From NCBI GenBank assembly GCA_963817955.1, contig CAWFQK010000004.1:608001-672000 (forward strand): 64,000 nt of DNA. The letters are read 5' to 3'. The DNA comes from an uncultured Gemmatimonadaceae bacterium (GTDB taxonomy: Bacteria; Gemmatimonadota; Gemmatimonadetes; Gemmatimonadales; Gemmatimonadaceae). Under the pieces are notes generated by a model. It made no database searches, was not told where the DNA came from, and saw only the letters and a program-made list of their open reading frames with translations. Made by a program: the position numbers and the translations under genes. Each line of letters opens with the position of its first letter. Position 1 is the first letter of the stretch. Positions 8,787 to 17,200 of this stretch are shown in pieces.

Positions 8787-10708
8787 CAGCGCAGATCCTC
8801 GATCAGGCGCGTGCCGGCGTCGGGCCACTGCCACAGAATCTTTTCGCCGTCGAGAAAGAACGTGTCGGCCGTCGTGCGCATTGCCGCGGCACGGGGCGCG
8901 TCGCCCTGCTCCGGTTCGAGCTCGGCACGAATGAACCCGATCGTCACCGGCACGGCCTTCACTTCGGCCGAGGCGACGATCCGGTTCGCGGCACCGATGA
9001 TCTCGCGCACGCTGGCAACCGGTCGGTCGGCAAGATAGTTCAGCATCTCGCCGGTGGGGTCGAGTCCCAGGTCCTTGAGGAATCGCGCAAAGAGCCGCTC
9101 GCGCAGCGACCGGTCGGGCGACTGCATCGGTACGACCAGGCCGCCCTCGAACCGCGAGCGCAGTCGTTCCTCGAGGCCCGACAACTCGCGTGGCGGTCGA
9201 TCGCTGGCGAAGACGAGCTGCTTGCCGTCGGCATACAGCGCGTTGAATACGTGAAACAGCTCTTCCTGCGTGCGTTCCTTGCCGGCCACGAACTGCACGT
9301 CATCGAGCAACAGCGCCGAGGCAGCGCGATATCGCGCCCGCCAACGATCCACTGTTCCCTCCTGCATCGCGGCGATCAGTTCGTCGATGAACAGCTGGGC
9401 GGGCACGCAGGCGACACTGCCGGTGCCCGCCGACGCTTGCACGAGTCCATTGCCGATCGCATTGAGGAGGTGGGTCTTGCCCACCCCGCTCGGCCCGTGA
9501 ATGAACAACGGATTGTACCGGAGTGCCGGGACGGCGACGATGGCGTCGGCGGCCCGCACGGCAAGCTGATTGCACGCCGCCACTTCGAATCCGGCGCGCG
9601 TGAAGGCGGCCGACGGTCCCGGCGGCGGCGTCGACGTGCGAAGCGCACGCTCGAGCAGTTGCCCGGCCTCCTCGAGCCGATCCGGGTCGTGAAAAGCATC
9701 GTGCTCGGCCAACGCGCGGTCGAGACCTGCCACCTGCTTTTCGAGATCACGCAGCTTCGAGACGCTTCCTTCGAATTCGCGCAGCACCGTCTCGACGCTC
9801 GTCGGCGGCGCAGGATCCTGGAGCATGCGTTCGAGCGCAGCGGCGCGATACCCCTCGCTGTTCCAGTAGGCGATCGCCTCCGTCAGGCGGGTTCTCCACT
9901 GCTCGAGATGCTGTGCGACGGCCGCCGACATATTCGAGAGGAAATTCGCGAACTCTCCGAGCGCCTGCGGTGGATTGGCGCGCGGGCGCTGCTCGGCGAG
10001 GTCGCCGAGGATGCCAATGACCGCGCCGGGGTCGATCTGTTCGCCGCCGAGCGTCTGGAACGCGATGATCCGATTGAGCGCGCCCTGCAGCTCGCGCACG
10101 TTCTTGAATTCCAGACGTCCCACTTCCTCGATGACGCCGGGCCGGAAGCGGACCCCGCGCTCCTCGCACTTGGCCTTGAGAATAGCCATGCGCGTTTCAT
10201 AATCGGGTGCCCCCATGTCGACGATCAGACCACCCGACAGCCGCGTGATCAGCCGCTCGTCCACGTCGCTGATCTCCGACGGCGGCCGGTCGCTGGTCAT
10301 CACGATCTGCTTGCCGGCGGCGGTGAGCGCGTTGAAGATGCGCAGCAACTGCGTCTGCGTCTCGCGATGGCCGGTCAAGAACTGCACGTCGTCGATCAGC
10401 AGCACGCCGATGCCGACATACCGGTTCTTGAACGGTTCTGCCTCGCCGGCCGCGATCGCCTCGTGCAACTCCGCCACGAAGTCGTCGAGCGTGACGAACG
10501 CGACGAGCAGTCCCGTGTGGCGCTGTGTCACGTGATTGCCGATCGCGCTCATCAGGTGCGTCTTGCCGAGCCCCGAACTGCTGTACATGAACAGCGGGTT
10601 GTACACGGCGCCCGGCGCGTCCGCCACCGCGCGCGCCGCGGCCACAGCGAGCCCGTTGGCCGAGCCGACGATGAAATTATCAAACCGGAGCTTCAGGTCT
10701 ACCGGCAC
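8786..10708 (-). CDS. Tandem DnaA/Hda-type AAA+ ATPase (two ATPase modules, no DNA-binding domain IV)
   Basis: Module 1: RFDNFIVGSAN, YNPLFMYSSSGLGKTHL, LLIDDVQFL, SDRPP, NVRELQGAL. Module 2: YNPLFIHGPSGVGKTHL, LLLDDVQFV, SDRPP, RLRSRF, SVREIIGA. GTG at 10708 follows GGAGAGG. Confidence 0.88.
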   Translation of the reverse strand: MPVDLKLRFDNFIVGSANGLAVAAARAVADAPGAVYNPLFMYSSSGLGKTHLMSAIGNHVTQRHTGLLVAFVTLDDFVAELHEAIAAGEAEPFKNRYVGIGVLLIDDVQFLTGHRETQTQLLRIFNALTAAGKQIVMTSDRPPSEISDVDERLITRLSGGLIVDMGAPDYETRMAILKAKCEERGVRFRPGVIEEVGRLEFKNVRELQGALNRIIAFQTLGGEQIDPGAVIGILGDLAEQRPRANPPQALGEFANFLSNMSAAVAQHLEQWRTRLTEAIAYWNSEGYRAAALERMLQDPAPPTSVETVLREFEGSVSKLRDLEKQVAGLDRALAEHDAFHDPDRLEEAGQLLERALRTSTPPPGPSAAFTRAGFEVAACNQLAVRAADAIVAVPALRYNPLFIHGPSGVGKTHLLNAIGNGLVQASAGTGSVACVPAQLFIDELIAAMQEGTVDRWRARYRAASALLLDDVQFVAGKERTQEELFHVFNALYADGKQLVFASDRPPRELSGLEERLRSRFEGGLVVPMQSPDRSLRERLFARFLKDLGLDPTGEMLNYLADRPVASVREIIGAANRIVASAEVKAVPVTIGFIRAELEPEQGDAPRAAAMRTTADTFFLDGEKILWQWPDAGTRLIEDLR

Positions 10709-10730
10709 GCGACGATTCCTCTCCACGTCG

Positions 10731-11336
10731 CTAGGGCGCCGCGCCCGCGCCCGCGCTCAGACGCTTGAGCACGAGCTCCGAGATCGAGCGGAGTGTCTCG
10801 AAGACCCCGGGGCCGTGCAGGGCGTCGGCGCCAAAGTCCGGGACGCCTCGAAAATTCAGGGCGTCCGATAGCTCGGGGACGCCAAGGATGAGATCGGCCG
10901 GCAAGTCCTGCTTGTTGTACTGGAGCACGAGCGGTACGGTGCGCGCATCGATCCCCTGCTCGGCGAGATTTGCGTGCAGGTCCTGAAGGCTCTCGATGTT
11001 CTCCTCCACCTGCCGCGCCTGACTGTCGGCCACGAACACCACGCCATCTGCGCCCTGCAGCACGAGCTTGCGAGTCGTCTGATAGTAGACCTGGCCCGGC
11101 ACCGTGTAGAGCTGGAACTTGGTCGTGAATCCGGAGATGGTTCCGAGGTCCAGCGGCAGGAAGTCGAAGAACAGCGTCCGGTCGGTCTGCGTCGCGAGCG
11201 ACACCATCTTGCCTTTGCGATCGTCCGGGACCTGCCCATAGATGTAGTGCAAATTCGTCGTCTTTCCGGACCGGCCCGGCCCGTAGTAGACAATCTTGCA
11301 CGTGATCTCGCGGGTGGCGTAGTTGACGAGAGACAA
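10731..11336 (-). CDS. mglA: MglA-family small Ras-like GTPase
   Basis: KIVYYGPGRSGKTTN, TDRTLFFDFLP, LYTVPGQV, GADGVVFVADS, YNKQD. Confidence 0.95.
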   Translation of the reverse strand: MSLVNYATREITCKIVYYGPGRSGKTTNLHYIYGQVPDDRKGKMVSLATQTDRTLFFDFLPLDLGTISGFTTKFQLYTVPGQVYYQTTRKLVLQGADGVVFVADSQARQVEENIESLQDLHANLAEQGIDARTVPLVLQYNKQDLPADLILGVPELSDALNFRGVPDFGADALHGPGVFETLRSISELVLKRLSAGAGAAP

Positions 11337-11355
11337 GGGTGTCGAGCGGCAAGGG

Positions 11356-11826
11356 TTAGCGACCGAACATCGAAGCGAGGTTGCGATGCAGCTCAGTTTC
11401 GAAGTTCACGTCGAACATGGGTTCGCGAAGAAGCGGAAGCGGCGGCGCGGCAGCGGCCAGATCGCGGCACAACTCGTCGAAGAACAGACGCACCAGGCCG
11501 AGCGAACTTGCCTGGTCAAAGACGGTAAGACAAATGTAGGCACCGCGGCACGTATCCACCGGCGCGAGATAGAGTTGCTTCTCCAAGCCTTCGTGGTGCA
11601 AGCCGTGAAATGGACGTCCATCCAGCTGCCGGCCAAGCTCCCCCGCGGTTGCGTGCACTGCCGATGCGAGCGCACACGCGGTCATGACGTCCACAGCACG
11701 CGTAAAGCCCGCCTGCGCCACCACTTGACCTGACGGGTGCAGGAGCAGCGCGAGACGCGCGCGCGCCTCGTCGACGAACCGCTTGAGCGGCGGTTCGACC
11801 CACGGCTCGACCGTGGCGATGATCAC
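11356..11826 (-). CDS. MglB-like Roadblock/LC7 protein
   Basis: Roadblock fold pattern (ALLLHPSGQVVAQAG...ALASA...TVFDQASSLGLVRLF); immediately upstream of mglA. Confidence 0.75.
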   Translation of the reverse strand: MIIATVEPWVEPPLKRFVDEARARLALLLHPSGQVVAQAGFTRAVDVMTACALASAVHATAGELGRQLDGRPFHGLHHEGLEKQLYLAPVDTCRGAYICLTVFDQASSLGLVRLFFDELCRDLAAAAPPLPLLREPMFDVNFETELHRNLASMFGR

Positions 11827-12173
11827 GGAAGAAACTCCAGCGCCTTCAGCAGTTCCACGCGAATCAAACCCACGTTGGCCGCAGCCTCAGCCACGACGAC
11901 GATGACGAGGTCACTGCGCCCGGTACCCGCAGCGCAGATCCGTCCCCGCTCGGCGTCGAGCTGGAGAAAGCCGACAGATCCGAGCCGCGCCGCGTTCGCC
12001 GACAACCGCGCCTTGCGGTAAATCGACGCCGCCAACGCCGCAACGCGGTCGCCATCCTGACCGAAGCGCAGGTTGGCGTCCACTACGAGACCGTCACTCT
12101 GCGAGACGATCAAGCTGGCTCGTACGCCACGGAGACGGGTCAGCGATTCGAGCAGATCAGCAAAGGGACTCAT
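11823..12173 (-). CDS. Roadblock/LC7 protein
   Basis: LRGVRASLIVSQSDGLVV...VAALAAS...ANVGLIRVEL. Confidence 0.85.
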   Translation of the reverse strand: MSPFADLLESLTRLRGVRASLIVSQSDGLVVDANLRFGQDGDRVAALAASIYRKARLSANAARLGSVGFLQLDAERGRICAAGTGRSDLVIVVVAEAAANVGLIRVELLKALEFLP

Positions 12174-13012
12174 GCGCTCCCTCCCACTCCCCCTCCCCCT
12201 CCCCCGCCGTCGCCCTGGCCCTGCCGCAGCCAGTCAGACGCCCGTTCGACGCACCGATTGAGCAGCCGCCGCAGGAGGCCCAATGGCGTGGCATGCGAGG
12301 CAGCGACAACGACGAGGCTGTGACCCATTGCCGGCGCCATGGCGACCACGGCAGCCTGCGTTTCGAACACGATTGACCGCCATTCGCCAATGTCGAGATG
12401 CCGCGTGGCCCGTAGCACCTCGTCGGAAATGCCGCTCAGTTGTGCACCGATCTCCTGCGCAAGATCGTTTCCTTCCGAATCGGGGTACGACCCACCGACC
12501 ACGTAGCCGCTGACGTCGAGCAGCAAGGCCGTCTGTCCCTGATCAACTAGCACATCCAGGAACAGCATTTGGGGGTCGGTTGCCGGGGGTGCCTCGACCA
12601 CGGGCGCCGGCGCACTGCCGGACGACCGCCGCACCATTTGCAGCGCAGCGGCTACGTCTCCGCCGCCGGCGGCCGCCGCCCGAATGAGATACTGTTCTGC
12701 GTCATCGAAACGGTGTTGTTGAAAACAGACGAAGCCGAGGCCCTTCATGGCGCCAACGTGGCTTGGCACAAGGCGGAGGACCGTCTGCCATTCCTCTGAC
12801 GCGCGCGCAAGGTCGTGGCGATCCACCGCGATTCGCGCTACCAGGTCGTGCGCCTCGGCGTTCGCCGGATGGCGCTCCAATCCGCGGAGCGCGATTTTGA
12901 GCGCGATTTCCACTTGACCCTGGCGGCGCAGGGCCTCGCTGAGCCGGAGGAATACCAGGCTCGATGGCTCGCGTGCCAGCTCGTCGCTCCACCCGTGGAC
13001 GTCGTCAGCCAT
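12170..13012 (-). CDS. TPR + Roadblock/LC7 fusion protein
   Basis: N-terminal TPRs (EPSSLVFLRLSEALRRQG...GLERHP); C-terminal ALLLDVSGYVVGG...IGAQLSG...TPLGLLRRLL; ends in a poly-Gly tail. Confidence 0.8.
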   Translation of the reverse strand: MADDVHGWSDELAREPSSLVFLRLSEALRRQGQVEIALKIALRGLERHPANAEAHDLVARIAVDRHDLARASEEWQTVLRLVPSHVGAMKGLGFVCFQQHRFDDAEQYLIRAAAAGGGDVAAALQMVRRSSGSAPAPVVEAPPATDPQMLFLDVLVDQGQTALLLDVSGYVVGGSYPDSEGNDLAQEIGAQLSGISDEVLRATRHLDIGEWRSIVFETQAAVVAMAPAMGHSLVVVAASHATPLGLLRRLLNRCVERASDWLRQGQGDGGGGGGGVGGSA

Positions 13013-13841
13013 CGGCGTGCGTCTCCAACACGCGCTGCAGCCGCGCGAGGGCATCGAGCGCATCCCGCGCTTCCGGCGAGCCCGGACCGTTCGGCGAGGC
13101 GCGGAGGAACTGTTCCACTGCCGTGCGTGCACTCGCCAACGCGCCGGTGACCATGCGCGCGGCCGACGTGAACATCGGCGTTTTCGGTGCGGGTTGCGCC
13201 GACTCCGGCAGGGCACGAGACGGGCAGCGCACGTCAACGATGCCAGTCGTCGCCAGACCGTAGGCGATCTTCGCAATCTCGAATTCGTCGCGGCCGAGCG
13301 CCGTGGCAATCGTGCGCACGTCACGCTCGCCGTCGATCATCGTCAGCACCTGCCATTCGTGCGGCAGCAAATCGAGCATGGCGCCCTGCCGGTCATGATC
13401 GACCTCCGCCAGTTCGGGGACGGCATCGACGTTCGGCACCACGTCGGCGATGCGCGACCATTCGTCAATGCGCCGAGCAGCCTCCATGAGGAGCGATTCC
13501 GTGGACACGGTGATCCCCGTGTTGGCCGGCATGTCGCTGCGCGCCCGTTCTTCGAACGAGAAGAAGCCTTCCCGCCAGGACATCAACTCGAACACGACGC
13601 TCTCCAGCTGCAAGCGCAGCTGCCGCTCCAGCTCCTTCCGCGAAATGGCGCCGGGTTCCGTGTGGGGGGGGGCTTTGCTGCGAATCGTCGCCTGAACCAC
13701 GCGTCCGCTGTCGAAATGCACCACGCCCTCGTCCTCGCGCAACGCAGAGTACACGCGGAGCATCCCCGTCTTCCGGCTCAGGTCGAGGAGCTGGAACACG
13801 TCGTGAATGCCGAGTTCGCGAAGGGGACCTTCAATGGCCAT
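13005..13841 (-). CDS. DUF4388 domain protein
   Basis: MAIEGPLRELGIHDVFQLLDLSRKTGML...WREGFFSF...ESLLMEAARRIDEW. Confidence 0.85.
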   Translation of the reverse strand: MAIEGPLRELGIHDVFQLLDLSRKTGMLRVYSALREDEGVVHFDSGRVVQATIRSKAPPHTEPGAISRKELERQLRLQLESVVFELMSWREGFFSFEERARSDMPANTGITVSTESLLMEAARRIDEWSRIADVVPNVDAVPELAEVDHDRQGAMLDLLPHEWQVLTMIDGERDVRTIATALGRDEFEIAKIAYGLATTGIVDVRCPSRALPESAQPAPKTPMFTSAARMVTGALASARTAVEQFLRASPNGPGSPEARDALDALARLQRVLETHADG

Positions 13842-13846
13842 GGGCG

Positions 13847-16540
13847 CTAGTCCTTCCGTCGCGGACCGAGGATGCGTTCCAGATCCGTCACCGTCCGGAT
13901 CTCCCGGCGCGCGCGACGCGCCCACTCCGACGTCGGCCCTAACTCCACGACGCGTTGCCACCGCTCGACCGCGCCGCGGTATCGGCGCTGTTCCGCCAGG
14001 ATGCTGCCTTCATGGAACAGCGCGCCGATATGCGACGGGTCGAAGCGCAGGACGCGAGCGAACGCCTGCACGGCATCGCGTTTGCGCCCGAGCGCGAGCA
14101 GAGTTTCCCCGAGTGCGATCAGCGCATCGAAGTGATAGGGATCGCGCTGCAGCAAATCGATCAGCTGCTCCAGCGCTTCAGCGGGGCGTCCAAGGCGCCG
14201 CCGCAACGTCGCGAGCTCCAGTGTCGCCTCGGCATACGTCGGTACGGCGTCGAGCGCGGCGACCAGCTCCTGTTCGGCTTCGCGGTTCTGCCCCTTTGCC
14301 TGTAACAAGCGCGCGAGCTGGAAACGCACCACCGCGAAATCCTGGTCGAGTTGCAGCGCATGGCGATATGCCGAGATCGCGCCTTCGTTATCGCCGAGGG
14401 ATCGGGCAATGTCGCCCATCTTCTGCTGCACGTCGGCGCGCATGGGCGCGGCGCGCCGCGCCGCATCGAGCACCGACAGCGCCGCCGCGGGATCGCCTGC
14501 TTCCGCGCAGGTGGTCGCCATGAGCATGAGCACATCCACGTCATCGGGACAATGGGTGAGCAGCTGCTGGGCGAGGGGACGGGCCTCCGCGGCGCGTCCG
14601 AGGCGGACGAGTGACGAGGCTTCCCCGATCGCGGCAGCGCGCCTTTCGGGTTCGAGCCGTAAGGCTTCGCGATACCGCTCGAGGGCCTCGCCGAACAGCC
14701 CTTGCTTGGCAAAGACGTCTCCAAGGAGCGTGAGCCCGTCGGCGCGCGCACCTCCGCGAGACATGGCGCGGCTGATCTCGGCCGAGGCGCGGTCGTACAA
14801 TCCTTTGGACAGGTAATCCGCCGCCATCGCGAACGGCGACGCATCCGTGCCGCGCGACGGCGTCACCGGCGACGGAAAGGCGACCGGCCTCAGCTCGGTG
14901 AAGAGCGTGTCGAGCGACTGGGCGTCGAAGCTGAAATCGGCGATCGACGCGTCGGCCAACCGCTCGCCGCCGAAATCCGGTCGAATCGAGAGGTCGGGGT
15001 CCTCGTACTCGACGTCCATGGCCAACTCGAACTTCTGCGGGACGTAATAGGGATCGAGCTCCAGCGCACGCTTGGTTTCGCGTAACGCGCCTTCAAAGTC
15101 ACCGAGGTTCGAGAGCGTGAAGCTCATGTTGTAGTGTGCTTCCGCAACGTCCGGCTTCGACTGGATCGACCGCGCGAACGCGTTCCGCGCATCATCGTAC
15201 TTGTGCAGCTCCGAGAGGACGAGCCCAATGCCGTTCCACGCGACGTGCTGTTCCGGCGCGTTCGTCAGCGCCCGGCGGTACGCATCGAGCGCGGCGGGAA
15301 ATCGTTTGCCGCGTGCAAGGAGGAGCGCCATGTTGAGGTGCGCCTTGACAAAGCTGGGCTGTTCGTCGAGCGCGGTGCGGAAGGCGCCGATGGCCTCGTC
15401 CACCGCACCGCGGTGATACAGCACGACGCCCAGGTTGTTGTGCGCAATGGCGTAGGTGGGCTCGGCCTGCAGGGCGTTCCGGTAGCTGGCCTCCGCGTCG
15501 GGGAAGCACCCATCCTGGTGCAGCGCCACGCCGCGCTCGTTCCACAGCTTGGGACTCGACGGCTGCCGCTCCAGCAACTCGTTGTACAGCGCGAGCGCCT
15601 CGTTCGGCTGTCGCATGAGCAGATGCATCTCGGCCATGGCCTGCAACACGAGATCGCGCTCCTCGCCCCGTTCCAGCGCGACACGGTATTCGCGCATCGC
15701 CTCGGGGAAATACCCGTTGCTGCGGAACGCGAGACCGAGATTGTAGCGCGCGAGTTGGCCTTCGCCCGACACCTGGAGCTCGCGCCTGGCTGGCGCGGGC
15801 CCATCCTCCGGTCGCGCCGCCCGCTGTTGGTCGATCGCCAAATTCGCGTGGGCGCGCGACAACGTGGGATTGAGCGCAATGGCGCGGCGGGTCACGGCCT
15901 GCGCGTCTTCATGCCGTCCCATGTCGCCCAGGACGAACCCCATCAGGTAGAGCGCGTCGTGGTTCTCGGGATTGCGCTCGATCGCCCGTTCCAGGGCCCG
16001 TAGTGCTTCGTCGTTCAGTCCGCGATGATAGAGCACTTCACCGAGCGAGAACTGCAGCAACGAGCTGTCGGAGTCGAGCGTGAGCGCGCGCTCGAGCAGC
16101 TGCTGCGCGCGTTCGATGTCGCCAGTCTCCTTCTCGGCCATCGCGAGCTGCAAGAGCGCGCCGACATCCGACGGGGTGACCTGCAGCAGCGCGCGGAATT
16201 CCTCCGCCGCATCGTCCTGCTGGCCGAGCAGCGCATAGGTGCGACCGAGCTCCCAGCGCGCATCACGATCCTCGGGGCGCAGCCGGAGGCGCTCTTTGAG
16301 TTCCGGAATACGAGTATCGTAATAGCCCGTGTTGAAGTAGGCGATTTCGAGATTCCGTTGCGCGACCTGCATCTTCTGGTCGAGGTCCAGCGCCTTCATG
16401 AACGCGGCGACGGCCTCCCCGTACAGCCCCTTGTTGTAGTACAGCACCCCCAGATTGTTGTGCGCCCCGGCATCCGACGGATCGATCCGCCGGGCAAACG
16501 AACGTAAGACGTCGCGATCGCGTTCCGAGGTGAGTGCCAC
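13847..16540 (-). CDS. Large multi-TPR protein (897 aa)
   Basis: Many TPRs (AHNNLGVLYY, ARWELG, ARYNLG, LWNERG, AHYNMS) interrupted by an acidic non-TPR linker. Confidence 0.9.
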   Translation of the reverse strand: MALTSERDRDVLRSFARRIDPSDAGAHNNLGVLYYNKGLYGEAVAAFMKALDLDQKMQVAQRNLEIAYFNTGYYDTRIPELKERLRLRPEDRDARWELGRTYALLGQQDDAAEEFRALLQVTPSDVGALLQLAMAEKETGDIERAQQLLERALTLDSDSSLLQFSLGEVLYHRGLNDEALRALERAIERNPENHDALYLMGFVLGDMGRHEDAQAVTRRAIALNPTLSRAHANLAIDQQRAARPEDGPAPARRELQVSGEGQLARYNLGLAFRSNGYFPEAMREYRVALERGEERDLVLQAMAEMHLLMRQPNEALALYNELLERQPSSPKLWNERGVALHQDGCFPDAEASYRNALQAEPTYAIAHNNLGVVLYHRGAVDEAIGAFRTALDEQPSFVKAHLNMALLLARGKRFPAALDAYRRALTNAPEQHVAWNGIGLVLSELHKYDDARNAFARSIQSKPDVAEAHYNMSFTLSNLGDFEGALRETKRALELDPYYVPQKFELAMDVEYEDPDLSIRPDFGGERLADASIADFSFDAQSLDTLFTELRPVAFPSPVTPSRGTDASPFAMAADYLSKGLYDRASAEISRAMSRGGARADGLTLLGDVFAKQGLFGEALERYREALRLEPERRAAAIGEASSLVRLGRAAEARPLAQQLLTHCPDDVDVLMLMATTCAEAGDPAAALSVLDAARRAAPMRADVQQKMGDIARSLGDNEGAISAYRHALQLDQDFAVVRFQLARLLQAKGQNREAEQELVAALDAVPTYAEATLELATLRRRLGRPAEALEQLIDLLQRDPYHFDALIALGETLLALGRKRDAVQAFARVLRFDPSHIGALFHEGSILAEQRRYRGAVERWQRVVELGPTSEWARRARREIRTVTDLERILGPRRKD

Positions 16541-16576
16541 GGGTGAATGCTGGGTACGGGTCGCCGGGGCGAACGA

Positions 16577-17194
16577 TCAGGCCACGCGCACGGCTTTGAG
16601 AATCGCCTGCAAGGAGGCCGAATCCGGCAGCAGCAGGAAGAAGCCGTGGAGCCGTTCGCCGATCTCATCCATCAGGAATTCACTTTCGACACAGAACACA
16701 TAATCCTTGTCGCTGCCGAACTGGAGATACGCCGTCGTGAGCACCGCCGTCGACATGTCGATCGCCAGACTGGGCGGCGACGGCAGCAGCATCATGCCCA
16801 TGAAGTCGCTCAGCGCATTCATGTACGCCGAGCTGAGAATGTTGCCGGCTTCCTTGATTGCCGACCGCTCCATCTCCGAGAACTCGTCGCCGGTACTCGG
16901 CCGGCGGAGCAGCATGCCCGCGAGGTGAATGGCGGTGCGCCGTGGAAACACGAGCAGCGTGCGCCCCGTGAGATCGCCCATCATGTGCATGAGCACCGCC
17001 GCCACCGCCTCATCGGGCTCCCCGATCTGCGGCGGGACGTCCTCGAGCCGCGACACGTTGATCCTGGGCACACTGATCATGATCGTCTCGCCGATCATCT
17101 GCGACAGCGCCGTCGCCGCATGCCCGGCGCCGATATTCGCCACCTCGCGCAGCGCGTCCAGTTGGATGGCTTTCAGCGAGCGAAGATCTTCCAT
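16577..17194 (-). CDS. cheC: CheC phosphatase
   Basis: Two active-site motifs DALREVANIGAGHAATALS and SAIKEAGNIL; ends FFLLLPD. Confidence 0.93.
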   Translation of the reverse strand: MEDLRSLKAIQLDALREVANIGAGHAATALSQMIGETIMISVPRINVSRLEDVPPQIGEPDEAVAAVLMHMMGDLTGRTLLVFPRRTAIHLAGMLLRRPSTGDEFSEMERSAIKEAGNILSSAYMNALSDFMGMMLLPSPPSLAIDMSTAVLTTAYLQFGSDKDYVFCVESEFLMDEIGERLHGFFLLLPDSASLQAILKAVRVA

Positions 17195-17200
17195 GGTTCC

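Noticed and set aside
8786..10708. Calling this gene dnaA and looking for oriC nearby
   Set aside because: It lacks domains I and IV, has no dnaN neighbour, and no intergenic space or DnaA-box cluster flanks it.
13664..13672. G9 tract in the DUF4388 gene (also C9 at 61012-61020 and C8 near 61155) as phase-variation sites
   Set aside because: Frames are intact and such runs are expected in GC-rich DNA; read data would be needed.
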